Shown piece after piece: positions 42,806-60,845 of a stretch of 64,000 bases of DNA. The stretch comes from Eledone cirrhosa (lineage: Eukaryota). The stretch lies in assembly GCA_964016885.1 (NCBI GenBank), contig CAXHJY010000931.1, positions 55,600 to 119,599 on the forward strand. Direction: 5' to 3'. The position numbers and the translations under genes are program-made. Below the pieces are notes generated by a model. It searched no databases and was not told where the DNA came from. It saw nothing but the letters and a program-made list of their open reading frames with translations. Position 1 is the first letter of the stretch, and each line of letters opens with the position of its first letter.

Positions 42806-43766
42806 GAAACAGGAACAGTCTTTCATCAGTAGTCTTCTGTTTCTCATTGGTATTTCTTCGCATTAAAGACTAGATACCTAAAATCTGTGCGAGCGATAAC
42901 TAAATTAAGTTATCGGGACAGACGAAAATGAACAAACAACATAGTAGTAACGCAACGTAAAGAGAGACACGCCAATAAATCTTGTGGGCTTAAGTCCGAC
43001 AAATCAAATGACGAGAAGAAAACAGACACGTCCGAGCCACGAAAAAATTGAGAGAGGAAAGAATTAACACAGGTCAGGCGGGAGGAAGTGAGAAAGGGGG
43101 AGTAGCAGAGAGTTAGTGAGTGAAAGTGTGAGGAAGGGGCCAGCTGAGAGTGTGTGACCTGCAGCGGGGGTGGAGGAAAGCAAGAGGTAAGGGGGAGAGA
43201 GAAAGAGGATAACAGTAAGGTGACAGAAAAATACGAACCACAGCGAAGGGAAAATATATGTGAATGAAAAATGGCGTGCTACGTTGTTGTGAATATGAAC
43301 ATATGAATAAAAATAGACAGAGAAACAGGAAAAGTCCTTCATCAGTAGTCTGCTGATACTCATTGGTATTTCTTCGCATTAAAGACTAGATACCTAAAAT
43401 CAGTGCGAGCGATAACTAAATTAAGTTTTCGGGAGAGAGGAAAGTAAACAAACAACATGGTAGTAACGCAACGTAAAGAGAGGAAAAGAGAGATAAGTCA
43501 ATGAATCTTGTCCGACAAATCAAATGACGAGAAGAAACTATCTTTAACTTGGGTTACTACCATGTTGTTTTTTCACTTTTGTCTGTCCCGATAACTTAAT
43601 TTAGTTATCGCTCGCACTGATTTTAGGTATCTAGTCTTTAATGCGAAGAAATACCAATGAGAATCAGCAGACTACTGATGAAGGACTTTTCCTGTTTCTC
43701 TGTCCATTTTTATTCATATGTTCATATTCGCAACAACGCAGCACGCCATTTTTCATTCACATATAT
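42806..43766. mobile_element. three copies of a ~220-bp element: two direct (42806, ~43254) and one inverted (43538-43766); pseudo-LTR-like arrangement
   Basis: Shared CATCAGTAGTC...CATTGGTATTTCTTCGCATTAAAGACTAGATACCTAAAATC.GTGCGAGCGATAACTAAATTAAGTT. Bounded by (TA)n on both sides. Confidence 0.8.
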
Positions 43767-44330
43767 ATATATATATATTAATTTCAACAACGTCAGTATT
43801 CCGTGTGTCATAATTCTCAATTATCATTGGTTCCTAGGTTTCAAACGACTCCGACCACTTCAACGACGCCAAACTTAAATTAATACGCATAATGCCAATG
43901 AGGGAGTGAGAGGGGAGAGTAAGAAACAGAGAGGCAAAGTGAACGCTGTAACTATTACCATGTGTGCATGTGTATGTACGTGCGCGTATGTTTATGTGTG
44001 TGTGCGTGCGTGCAGCGTTCCACAGAAAGTAAAAATTTCAACATCTGTGAGTGTGTAAGTGCACGGGTGCGTGTGTAAATTTGCGTGCTTGTGTGCGCGT
44101 TTCCATGCGTGTATGTGTGTGTACGTGGGGCGTTCCACAATCGCCACGCAGTTTATCTGTCTGTGTGCCTGTCTGTCAGTCAAACATACACAGAGTTGTG
44201 AAGGGAGTAAATAGGGACCTTTTTCTACATTGACAAACATCTCTTATATTTATTATTGTGTGATTTTTGTCAATTGCTCGAAATGAATATTGATAATAAA
44301 AGCAATTCGACTTTATCAAACAGTGAACTA

Positions 44331-44512
44331 CAGCGGCGACGGCGTGCAGCTAGGAATGAAGAAAAACGGATCGAACAGCGCCATCGGAACTCCGAACTTC
44401 AGAGGCGAAGACGTGCCGCATGAATGAAGAGGAGCTGGCTGAAAAACGCCAACGAAACACTGGAGCCAAGCAGCGACGGCGTGCTACGATGGTTGAAGAC
44501 GAACTGACTGAG
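44331..44512 (+). pseudogene. frameshifted fragment encoding 23-aa Arg/Glu-rich (STPR-like) repeats, probably a Helitron Rep/Hel N-terminus
   Basis: QRRRRAARNEEKRIEQRHRNSEL/QRRRRAA-(frameshift)-NEEELAEKRQRNTGA/KQRRRATMVEDELTE. GC-rich island beside Helitrons. Confidence 0.5.
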
Positions 44513-44533
44513 GATCATCTTTTATATTAATTA

Positions 44534-44886
44534 TCTATATCTACATATAATATAAAAGATTGGAACTTCCATCATCCTTTTAAGAAACGGGGAACAACCA
44601 CGTCTATGCAATGATACACGTTATACAGTCAGGCAGAAGATGAACCCTCTCCTAGAGGTCACTATTCTAGGTGGGAACACCTAGAATTGTTCATATACTA
44701 TGCACAAACTGTACAACGAAGAATCTGGTATATCTGGAAGATTTTTTTTTACTGTTTTCTGTATCACACAGACACCACGGACTACCTCATACTGTAACCA
44801 GACAAACATCCAATACAGTCATTTTCTCTTTTACCTGTCTTCTCTTATCATCTGTTTACCAGGGCTAAGCTGGGTACGTCAGCTAG
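44534..44886 (+). mobile_element. non-autonomous Helitron
   Basis: 5' A|TCTATATCTACATATAATATAAAAG. 3' imperfect hairpin TACCAGGGCTAAGCTGGGTA followed by CAGCTAG|T. Confidence 0.65.
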
Positions 44887-45030
44887 TATAACCAAAAGTT
44901 AAACAAGGTTCATTGATTAATCAATGAATATAGTTTTACAATAGATTAGAAGCACTCAACAGTGGTTTTCTGGAGTTATAAATATTAATTCAAAATATTA
45001 ATAATTGTAGACATTCACTTCATCAAAATA

Positions 45031-45096
45031 TATTTTATTATATATATTTCGGAGGTACTGTGCTGTTTTTTCAGTACGTTCTCATCAGATAAAATA
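45031..45096 (-). ncRNA. type I hammerhead ribozyme, core intact
   Basis: Minus strand: TATTTTAT-CTGATGA-GAACGTACTG...CAGTACCTCC-GAAA-TATATA-TA-ATAAAATA. Perfect 8-bp stem I and palindromic stem III. Confidence 0.8.
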
Positions 45097-45200
45097 CATA
45101 AATTAATGTATGACATACCTCAACTGTGCTGATGGTTCAATTCAACTGCCAAGACTGGAATTGAAACATCAGCACAGTTGACGTATGTCAGACAACAATT

Positions 45201-45260
45201 TATTTTATCTGATGAGGACGTACTGAGGAAACAGCACAGTACCTCTGAAATATATATATA
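45201..45260 (+). ncRNA. type I hammerhead motif truncated by (TA)n in stem III/stem I'
   Basis: TATTTTAT-CTGATGA-GGACGTACTG...CAGTACCTCT-GAAA-TATATA, then microsatellite. Confidence 0.6.
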
Positions 45261-45826
45261 ATATATATATGAAATATATATATATAAAATATATATATAA
45301 TATATATATATAATATATATAGTTATGTAATAAACAACATAAAGCAATTATTTCATTTACCAGTGGTTTCTTAAAAGCAAAAATGTTGCTTTCAATCATC
45401 AGAATGAAAAAATCCTGGTGTATTTATTGACGTTGGATTTTAAAAACAAAAATATATATATATAATATATATATATAATATATGTATAATATATATATAT
45501 AATATATATATATAATATATGTATATAATATATATTATCTATATATATATAATATATATATATATATATAATATATATATAATATATATATATATAATAT
45601 ATATATTTAATATATATATATAATATATAAATAATATATATATATATAATATATATATTTAATATATATATAAAATATATATATATAATATATATAATAT
45701 ATATATATAAAATATATATATATAATATATATATATATAATATATATATAATATATATATATAATATATATATATATAAAATATATATATAATATATATA
45801 TGAAATATATATATAAAATATATATA

Positions 45827-46640
45827 TCTATATATATAAAAATGTGGTTGTCTGTCTGTCTATCGATTTTGGCACACATCTCCTCTAAGAATCTCTCACG
45901 GAATTGCACCGAAATTGCTATACTTGTACATTGAGCCCTAGCGAAGACATCGGAAAGAAAATATTTCAAATTGACCCACCCTATGTGACGAAATCGAATA
46001 TAATGTATCGATTTTTGAGCGTAAGTTATCAGTTATTTCCCTTTGTTCTGTTTACATTGAGCGTCTTACGTAAAAAATTACGCTGGCTTTCTCAGCGTTT
46101 AAAATGACATTAACACAATACACGAACAGTTGTCGAGCCAGCAAAATATTGACCTGCAAAATTCATCAGTTCGAAGACTAAGCTTCCGTTTTGCTTCATT
46201 TCCATTTAAAAGCATTTTAAAACAATATTTTTACTTGAAAACAAGTCTATTTAAAGACTACGTAAAACAAGCAAATATTTCAGGCGTGCAGACAGACAGT
46301 CGTGCAGAGAGGTTATATAGGCGTGCAGACAGACATAACTGATAATTTGGTTACGCTAATGTTTTTCTCTGCGTTGCAGTGTTTACATTTTCGATCTTTG
46401 TTAATAAATAACTAGTGCAGTTTTTATCCCCGGCATCCTCTTTTGTTATAACATTCGGGTTATCGTTATGTTTTCTTAACTTCATAAGGCATATTGTTGG
46501 TTGAGGGAATATTAATCAAAAACACCACATGCAAGTCTGCACAGTAGACATTACAGTTTTTAAGCCAAAAAAGAAACTTAACATTGTAACTTTAACACAG
46601 CTACTGAGCGACCCCGTGCAACGCCGGGCTTTACTGCTAG
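45827..46640 (+). mobile_element. non-autonomous Helitron inserted in (TA)n
   Basis: 5' A|TCTATATATATAAAAATG. 3' hairpin CCCGTGCAACGCCGGG about 10 nt before CTAG|T. No target-site duplication needed. Confidence 0.85.
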
Positions 46641-47014
46641 TATATATATATAATATATATATATAATATATGTATATAATATATATTATCTATATATATA
46701 TAATATATATAAATATATAATATATATATAATATATATATATATAATATATATATAATATATATAATATATGTATAATATATATATATGATATGTATATA
46801 ATATATATAAATATATATAATATATATATATAATATATATATATATATATTATATATATATTATATATAAATATTATATATATATATATTATATATATAT
46901 AATATATAATATATATATATATATAATATATATATAATATATAATATATAATATATATATATATATAATATATATATATATATAATATATATATAAATAT
47001 AATATATATATAAT

Positions 47015-47045
<31 letters not shown>

Positions 47046-47569
47046 GATATATATATAATATACATATATAATATATATATATGATATATATATAATATAC
47101 ATATATAATATATATATAATATATATATATAATATATATATATAATATATATATATATATTATATATATATATATATATATAATATATAATATATATATA
47201 TATTATATATATATAATATATAATATATATATATATTATATATATATAATATATAATATATAATATATATATATATTATATATATATAATATATATATAT
47301 ATAATATATATATATTATATATATATATTATATATATATATTATATATATATAATATATATATATAATATATATATATATATTATATATATATAATATAT
47401 ATATATAATATATATATATATATTATATATATATATTATATATATATATTATATATGATATATATATAATATACATATATAATATATATATAATATATAT
47501 ATAATATATATATATAATATATATATATATATATGATATATATATAATATATATATATATAATATATAT

Positions 47570-47601
<32 letters not shown>

Positions 47602-48731
47602 ATATATATATATATAATATATATATATATAATACATATATATATATATAATATATATATATATATAATATATATATATATATAATATATATATATATAT
47701 ATGATACATATATATATATATAATATATATATATATATAATATATATATATATATAATACATATATATATATATAATATATATATATATATAATATATAT
47801 ATATATATAATATATATATATATAATATATAATATATATATATATAATATATAATATATATATAATATATAATATATATATATATATAATATATAATATA
47901 TATATATAAATAATATATATATATAATATATATATATAATATATATATATAATATATATATATATATAATATATATATATATAATATATATATATAATAT
48001 ATATATATAATATATATATATAATATATATATAATATATATATATAATATACATATATAATATACATATATAATATATATATATAATATATATATATAAT
48101 ATATATATCTATAATATATATATATATCTAATATATATATCTAATATATATATATAATATATATATATAATATATATATATAATATATATATATATAATA
48201 TATATATATAATATATATATCTATAATATATATATATAATATATATATATCTAATATATATATATATCTAATATATATATATAATATATATATATAATAT
48301 ATATATAATATATATACATATAATATATATATATATATAATATATATATATTTAATATATCTGAATAATATATATATCTATAATATATATATAATATATA
48401 TATATAATATATATATATATAATATATATATATTTAATATATATATAATATATATATATAATATATATATATATAATATATATATATAATATATATATAT
48501 AATATATATATATATATAATATATATATATAATATATATAAATAATATATATATCTATAATATATATATATAATATATATATATATAATATATATATATA
48601 ATATATATATATAATATATGTATATAATATATGTATATAATATATGTGTATAATATATGTATTTAATATATATATATATATAATATATATATATGATATA
48701 TAGATATAATATATATATAATATATAGATAT

Positions 48732-48762
<31 letters not shown>

Positions 48763-48831
48763 ATATATATATATAATATATATATATATAATATATATAT
48801 ATATAATAAATATATATATATATATAATATA

Positions 48832-48997
48832 TAGGAACAAGTAAGACCCCGACGGCTGAGAGCTCAAGCCGTTTCGACGGCTAATTCTGTACTGCCATCG
48901 GTGTCTTACTTGTTCCAATTACCCACTCTACTACCCTAAGTATTGAGTACTCTGGTGCGTTATGGTCCACCTGGTTCCTTACCACATTTCCTTCGTT
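48832..48997 (-). mobile_element. hairpin mini-element copy in (TA)n
   Basis: GGAACAAGTAAGACCCCGACGGC...GCCATCGGTGTCTTACTTGTTCC plus tail TATTGAGTACTCTGGTGCG...CCTTCGTTA. Confidence 0.9.
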
Positions 48998-49160
48998 ATA
49001 TATAACATATATATATATAATATATATATATGTATAATATATATATATATGTATAATATATATATATAACCTATATATATATATTATATATATATATATA
49101 ATATATATAGATTATATATATATACATATAATATATATATATATAATATATATATAGATA

Positions 49161-49192
<32 letters not shown>

Positions 49193-49465
49193 TATATAAT
49201 ATATATATAATATATATATATAATATTTATATATATATATAATATTTATATATATATATATAATATTTGTATATATATATATATAATATTTATATATATA
49301 TATATTAATAATATATATATATAATATATAATATATAAATATAATATATATATATATAAAATATATATATAAATATATATATAATATATATATATAATAT
49401 ATATATATAATATATATATATAATATATATATTATATATATATATATATATAATATATATATTAT

Positions 49466-49512
<47 letters not shown>

Positions 49513-49518
49513 TATTAT

Positions 49519-49565
<47 letters not shown>

Positions 49566-49714
49566 TATGATATATATATATAATATATATAATATATATA
49601 TATAATATATATATATAATATATATATATAATATATAAATATAATATATATATATAATATATATATATAATATATATATATATCTAATATATATATAATA
49701 TATATATGTAATAT

Positions 49715-49748
<34 letters not shown>

Positions 49749-49958
49749 ATATATATATATAATATATATATATATGTAATATATATATATATAATATATA
49801 TATATATATAATATATATATATAATATATATATATATATATTATATATTTATATATAATATATATACAATATATATATATAATATATATTAATATATATA
49901 CAATATATATATATAATATATATAATATATATATAATATATATATATAATATATATAT

Positions 49959-50016
<58 letters not shown>

Positions 50017-51065
50017 ATAATATATATATACTATATATATATATAATATATATAATATATATATATAATATATATATATAATATATATATATAATATATA
50101 TATATAATATTATATATAATATATATAATATATATATATATTATATATATAATATATATATATATTATATATATAATATATATATATATAATATATATAT
50201 ATATTATATATATATAATATATATATATATTATATATATATAATATATATATATATTATATATATATAATATATATATATATTATATATATATAATATAT
50301 ATATATAATATATATATATAATATATATATATATTATATATACATAATATATATAAATATTATATAATATATATATATAATATATATATATTTTATATAT
50401 ATATAATATATATATATATAATATATATATATATATAATATATATAATATATATATATAATATATATATATTTAATATATATATATAATATATATATAAT
50501 ATATATATACATAATATATATATATATAATATATATATATATTATATATATATATTATATATATATAATATATATATATAATATATATATATATATTATA
50601 TATATATATTATATATATATAATATATATATATAATATATATATATATAATATATATATATATTATATATATATAGTATATATATATATAATATATATAT
50701 ATAATATATATATATATTATATATATATATTATATATATATATAATATATATATATATTATATATATATATTATATATATAATATATATATATATTATAT
50801 ATATATATTATATATATATAATACATATATAATATATATATATATAATATATATATATTATATATATATATTATATATATATATTATATATATATATTAT
50901 ATATATATAATATAATATATAATATATATATATAATATATATATATATTATATATATATATTATATATATATAATATATATATATAATATATATATATAA
51001 TATATATATATAATATATATATATATAATATATATATATAATATATATATATATAATATATATAT

Positions 51066-51104
<39 letters not shown>

Positions 51105-51916
51105 TATATAAAATATATATATAATACATAAGATATATATATAATATATATATAATATATAAAATATATATATAATATATATATATATAATATATAAAAT
51201 ATATATATAATATATATATAATATATATATATAATATATGTATATAATATATATATATAATATATATATATAATATATATATATAATATATATATATAAT
51301 ATATTTATATAAAATATATATATAATATATATATATAATATATATATAAAATATATATATAATATATAAATATGAAATATATATATAAAATATATATATA
51401 ATATATTTATATAAAATATATATATAATATATAAATATGAAATATATATATAAAATATATATATAATATATTTATATGAAATATATATATAAAATATATA
51501 TATATATATAAATATGAAATATATATATAAAATATATATATAATATATTTATATAAAATATATATATAATATATAAATATGAAATATATATATAAAATAT
51601 ATATATAATATATTTATATAAAATATATATATAAAATATATATATAATATATAAATATGAAATATATATATAAAATATATATATAATATATATATAAAAT
51701 ATATATATGAAATATAAATATAATATATATATATAATATATATATATTATATATATATATAATATATATATATAATATATATATATAGAGTATATATATA
51801 TAATATATATATATAATATATTATATATATATATAATATATATATATAATATATTATATATATATAATATATATAATATATATATATAATATATATATAT
51901 ATATAATATATATAAT

Positions 51917-51948
<32 letters not shown>

Positions 51949-52097
51949 ATATATATAATATATATATATTTTTAATATATATATAATATATATATAATAT
52001 ATATATATAATATATATATATAATATATATATATATATAATATATATATATAATATATATAAATAATATATATATCTATAATATATATATATAATAT

Positions 52098-52139
<42 letters not shown>

Positions 52140-52253
52140 GTATATAATATATGTATATAATATATGTGTATAATATATGTATATAATATATATATATATA
52201 TATAATATATATATATGATATATAGATATAATATATATATAATATATAGATAT

Positions 52254-52286
<33 letters not shown>

Positions 52287-52359
52287 ATATATATATATAA
52301 TATATATATATATAATATATATATATATATAATAAATATATATATATATATATAATATA

Positions 52360-52523
52360 TAGGAACAAGTAAGACCCCGACGGCTGAGCTCAAGCCGTTT
52401 CGATGGCTAATTCTGTACTGCCATCGGGGTCTTACTTGTTCCTATTACCCACTCTACTACCCTAAGTATTGAGTACTCTGGTGCGTTATGGTCCACCTGG
52501 TTCCTTACCACATTTCCTTCGTT
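52360..52523 (-). mobile_element. hairpin mini-element copy in (TA)n
   Basis: Near-identical to 48832 and essentially identical to 56651. Confidence 0.9.
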
Positions 52524-52681
52524 ATATATAACATATATATATATATAATATATATATATGTATAATATATATATATATATATAATATATATATAACCTAT
52601 ATATATATTTTATATATATATAATATATATAGATTATATATATATACATATAATATATATATATATATAATATATATATAG

Positions 52682-52720
<39 letters not shown>

Positions 52721-53017
52721 TATATAATATATATATAATATATATATATAATATTTATATATATATATAATATTTATATATATATATAATATTTATATAT
52801 ATATATAATATTTATATATATATATATAATATTTGTATATATATATATATAATATTATATATATATATATTAATAATATATATATATAATATATAATATA
52901 TAAATATAATATATATATATATAATATATATATATAAGATATATATATAATATATATATATATTATATTTATATAATATATATATATAATATATATATAT
53001 AATATATATATTATATA

Positions 53018-53061
<44 letters not shown>

Positions 53062-53248
53062 TATATAATATATATATATAATATATATATATAATATATA
53101 CATATAATATATATATATAATATATAAATATAATATATATATATAATATATATATATAATATATATATATATCTAATATATATATAATATATATATATAT
53201 AATATATATATGTAATATATATATATATATAATATATATATGTAATAT

Positions 53249-53280
<32 letters not shown>

Positions 53281-55274
53281 ATATATATATATAATATATA
53301 TATATATGTAATATATATATATATAATATATATATATATATATAATATATATATATATAATATATATATATATATAATATATATTTATATATAATATATA
53401 TACAATATATATATATAATATATATATAATATATATACAATATATATATATATAATATATATATATATTATATATATATAATATATATATATATTATATA
53501 TATATAATATATATATATATTATATATATATAATATATATATATATTATATATATATAATATATATATATAATATATATATATAATATATATATTATATA
53601 TACATAATATATATATATATAATATATATAATATATATATATAATATATATATATTTTATATATATATAATATATATATATATAATATATATATATAATA
53701 TATATAATATATATATATAATATATATATATTTTATATATATATAATATATATATATATAATATATATATATATAATATATATATATAATATATATATAT
53801 TTAATATATATATATAATATATATATATATTATATATATATATTATATATATATAATATATATATATAATATATATATATATATTATATATATATATTAT
53901 ATATATATAATATATATATATAATATATATATATATAATATATATATATATTATATATATATAGTATATATATATAATATATATATATAATATATATATA
54001 TATTATATATATATATTATATATATATATAATATATATATATTATATATATATATTATATATATTATATATATATATTATATATATAATATATATATATA
54101 TTATATATATATATTATATATATATAATACATATATAATATATATATATAATATATATATATTATATATATATTATATATATATATTATATATATATATT
54201 ATATATATATATTATATATATATAATATATATATATAATATATATATATAATATATATATATATTATATATATATATTATATATATATTATATATATATA
54301 ATATATATATATAATATATATATATAATATATATATATATTATATATATATATTATATATATATAATATATATATATAATATATATATATAATATATATA
54401 TATTATATATATATATTATATATATATATAATATATATATATATAATATATATAATATATAATTATAATATAAATATAATATATATATAATATATATATA
54501 TAAAATATATATATAATATATATATATATAATATAAAAAATATATATATAATATATATATAATATATATATATAATATATATATATAATATATATATATA
54601 ATATATATATATAATATATATATATAATATATTTATATAAAATATATATATAATATATATATATAATATATATATATAATATATATATATAATATATTTA
54701 TATAAAATATATATATAATATATATATATAATATATTTATATAAAATATATATATAAAATATATATATAATATATAAATATGAAATATATATATAAAATA
54801 TATATATAATATATTTATATAAAATATATATATAATATATAAATATGAAATATATATATAAAATATATATATAATATATTTATATAAAATATATATATAA
54901 AATATATATATAATATATAAATATGAAATATATATATAAAATATATATATAATATATTTATATAAAATATATATATAATATATAAATATGAAATATATAT
55001 ATAAAATATATATATAATATATTTATATAAAATATATATATAAAATATATATATAATATATAAATATGAAATATATATATAAAATATATATATAATATAT
55101 ATATAAAATATATATATGAAATATAAATATAATATATATATAAAATATATATATGAAATATAAATATAATATATATATATAATATATATATATAATATAT
55201 ATATATAATATATATATATAATATATATATATAATATATATATATAGTATATATATATAATATATATATATAAT

Positions 55275-55318
<44 letters not shown>

Positions 55319-55350
55319 ATATATAACATATATATATATAATATATATAT

Positions 55351-55389
<39 letters not shown>

Positions 55390-56200
55390 TATATAAAATA
55401 TATATATAATACATAAGATATATATATAATATATATATAATATATAAAATATATATATAATATATATATATATAATATATAAAATATATATATAATATAT
55501 ATATAATATATATATATAATATATGTATATAATATATATATATAATATATATATATAATATATATATATAATATATATATATAATATATTTATATAAAAT
55601 ATATATATAATATATATATATAATATATATATAAAATATATATATAATATATAAATATGAAATATATATATAAAATATATATATAATATATTTATATAAA
55701 ATATATATATAATATATAAATATGAAATATATATATAAAATATATATATAATATATTTATATGAAATATATATATAAAATATATATATAATATATAAATA
55801 TGAAATATATATATAAAATATATATATAATATATTTATATAAAATATATATATAATATATAAATATGAAATATATATATAAAATATATATATAATATATT
55901 TATATAAAATATATATATAAAATATATATATAATATATAAATATGAAATATATATATAAAATATATATATAATATATATATAAAATATATATATGAAATA
56001 TAAATATAATATATATATATAATATATATATATTATATATATATATAATATATATATATAATATATATATATAGAGTATATATATATAATATATATATAT
56101 AATATATTATATATATATATAATATATATATATAATATATTATATATATATAATATATATAATATATATATATAATATATATATATATAATATATATAAT

Positions 56201-56232
<32 letters not shown>

Positions 56233-56544
56233 ATATAATATAATAATATATATATATTTTTAATATATATATAATATATATATAATATATATATATAATA
56301 TATATATATAATATATATATATATATAATATATATATATAATATATATAAATAATATATATATCTATAATATATATATATAATATATATATATATAATAT
56401 ATATATATATAATATATATATATAATATATGTATATAATATATGTATATAATATATGTGTATAATATATGTATATAATATATATATATATATATAATATA
56501 TATATATGATATATAGATATAATATATATATAATATATAGATAT

Positions 56545-56577
<33 letters not shown>

Positions 56578-56650
56578 ATATATATATATAATATATATAT
56601 ATATAATATATATATATATATAATAAATATATATATATATATATAATATA

Positions 56651-56813
56651 TAGGAACAAGTAAGACCCCGACGGCTGAGCTCAAGCCGTTTCGATGGCTA
56701 ATTCTGTACTGCCATCGGGGTCTTACTTGTTCCTATTACCCACTCTACTACCCTAAGTATTGAGTACTCTGGTGCGTTATGGTCCACCTGGTTCCTTACC
56801 ACATTTCCTTCGT
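56651..56813 (-). mobile_element. hairpin mini-element copy in (TA)n
   Basis: Essentially identical to 52360, including flanks. Confidence 0.9.
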
Positions 56814-56978
56814 ATATATAACATATATATATATATAATATATATATATGTATAATATATATATATATATATAATATATATATAACCTATATATATATTT
56901 TTATATATATATATAATATATATAGATTATATATATATACATATAATATATATATATATAATAATATATATATAGATA

Positions 56979-57012
<34 letters not shown>

Positions 57013-57201
57013 TATATAATATATATATAATATATATATATAATATTTATATATATATATAATATTTATATATATATATATAATATTTATATTATATATA
57101 TATAATATTTATATATATATATATAATATTTGTATATATATATATATAATATTTATATATATATATATTAATAATATATATATATAATATATAATATATA
57201 A

Positions 57202-57233
<32 letters not shown>

Positions 57234-57314
57234 AGATATATATATAATATATATATATATTATATTTATATAATATATATATATAATATATATATATAAT
57301 ATATATATTATATA

Positions 57315-57352
<38 letters not shown>

Positions 57353-59566
57353 ATATATATATATAATATATATATATAATATATATATATAATATATACA
57401 TATAATATATATATATAATATATAAATATAATATATATATATAATATATATATAATATATATATATATCTAATATATATATAATATATATATATATAATA
57501 TATATATGTAATATATATATATATATAATATATATATGTAATATATATATATATAATATATATATATATATATAATATATATATATAATATATATATATA
57601 TGTAATATATATATATATAATATATATATATATATATAATATATATATATAATATATATATATATATAATATATATTTATATATAATATATATACAATAT
57701 ATATATATAATATATATATAATATATATACAATATATATATATATAATATATATATATATTATATATATATAATATATATATATATTATATATATATAAT
57801 ATATATATATATTATATATATATAATATATATATATATTATATATATATAATATATATATATAATATATATATATAATATATATATTATATATACATAAT
57901 ATATATATATATAATATATATAATATATATATATAATATATATATATTTTATATATATATAATATATATATATATAATATATATATATATAATATATATA
58001 ATATATATATATAATATATATATATTTTATATATATATAATATATATATATATAATATATATATATATAATATATATATATAATATATATATATTTAATA
58101 TATATATATAATATATATATATATTATATATATATATTATATATATATAATATATATATATAATATATATATATATATTATATATATATATTATATATAT
58201 ATAATATATATATATAATATATATATATATAATATATATATATATTATATATATATAGTATATATATATAATATATATATATAATATATATATATATTAT
58301 ATATATATATTATATATATATAATATATATATATATTATATATATATATTATATATATTATATATATATATTATATATATAATATATATATATATTATAT
58401 ATATATATTATATATATATAATACATATATAATATATATATATAATATATATATTATATATATATATTATATATATATATTATATATATATATTATATAT
58501 ATATATTATATATATATAATATATATATATAATATATATATATAATATATATATATATTATATATATATATTATATATATATTATATATATATAATATAT
58601 ATATATAATATATATATATAATATATATATATATATTATATATATATATTATATATATATAATATATATATATAATATATATATATAATATATATATATA
58701 TTATATATATATATAATATATATATATAATATATATATATATAATATATATATATATAATATATATATAAATATATATATAATATATATATATAAAATAT
58801 ATATATAATATATATATATATAATATAAAAAATATATATATAATATATATATAATATATATATATAATATATATATATAATATATATATATAATATATAT
58901 ATATAATATATATATATAATATATTTATATAAAATATATATATAATATATATATATAATATATATATATAATATATATATATAATATATTTATATAAAAT
59001 ATATATATAATATATATATATAATATATTTATATAAAATATATATATAAAATATATATATAATATATAAATATGAAATATATATATAAAATATATATATA
59101 ATATATTTATATAAAATATATATATAATATATAAATATGAAATATATATATAAAATATATATATAATATATTTATATAAAATATATATATAAAATATATA
59201 TATAATATATAAATATGAAATATATATATAAAATATATATATAATATATTTATATAAAATATATATATAATATATAAATATGAAATATATATATAAAATA
59301 TATATATAATATATTTATATAAAATATATATATAAAATATATATATAATATATAAATATGAAATATATATATAAAATATATATATAATATATATATAAAA
59401 TATATATATGAAATATAAATATAATATATATATAAAATATATATATGAAATATAAATATAATATATATATATAATATATATATATAATATATATATATAA
59501 TATATATATATAATATATATATATAATATATATATATAGTATATATATATAATATATATATATAAT

Positions 59567-59610
<44 letters not shown>

Positions 59611-59621
59611 ATATATAACAT

Positions 59622-59706
<85 letters not shown>

Positions 59707-60014
59707 TATATATATAATATATATAATATATATATATATAATATATATATAATATATAATATATATGATATATATATATACATAATATATATATATATAT
59801 AATATATATATAATACATAACATATATATATATAATATATATATATAATATATATATATATAATATATATATATAATATATAATATATATATGTAATATA
59901 TATATATATAATATATATATATATAATATATATATATATATAATATATATATATATAATATATATATATATAATATATATATATATATATAATATATATA
60001 TATATAATATATAT

Positions 60015-60046
<32 letters not shown>

Positions 60047-60381
60047 ATATATATATATTATATATATATATAATATATATATATATATAAAATATATATA
60101 TATATAATATATATATATATATATAATATATATATATATATATAATATATATATATATATTATATATATATATAATATATATATATAAAATATATATATA
60201 TATAATATATATATATATATATAATATATATATATAAAATATATATATATATAATATATATATATATAATATATATATATAATATATATATATATATTAT
60301 ATATATATATAATATATATATATATATAAAATATATATATATATAATATATATATATATAAAATATATATATTTATAATAT

Positions 60382-60542
<161 letters not shown>

Positions 60543-60566
60543 AATATATATATATATATATAATAT

Positions 60567-60604
<38 letters not shown>

Positions 60605-60845
60605 ACATATATATATATATATATTATATGTTTCTTTACATGAAGTTCTTCTCTTTATCTATCTTTCTATATCCCTCTATTTAGTCACATGCATTTCTTC
60701 TTTTTCTTCGTTTCTCTTTCTTTCTCTCTTTATCTCTTTCTTTTTACAACTGTCCTCAATATTTTTTACTACCAAATCAACCTCCCAAATGCAAGGTGAA
60801 TGAAAGGTATGTCGTATCTATTTATTTATAAGACTGTTTATATTG

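Larger units (their letters stand above)
44930..45260. mobile_element. fold-back element with two divergent hammerhead motifs (inverted pseudo-LTR pair)
   Basis: 45041-45144 and ~45158-45256 are inverted repeats. The right arm runs into (TA)n. Confidence 0.8.
51110..59650. repeat. ~4.29-kb tandem segmental duplication within the TA field
   Basis: Rare markers repeat at a ~4,290 offset: AATACATAAGATA at 51123/55408, mini-element at 52360/56651, ATATAACATA at 55321/~59613. Confidence 0.85.

Noticed and set aside
43675-43715. Hammerhead at CTGATGAAGGAC
   Set aside because: No GAAA box after the potential stem II in any of the three copies.
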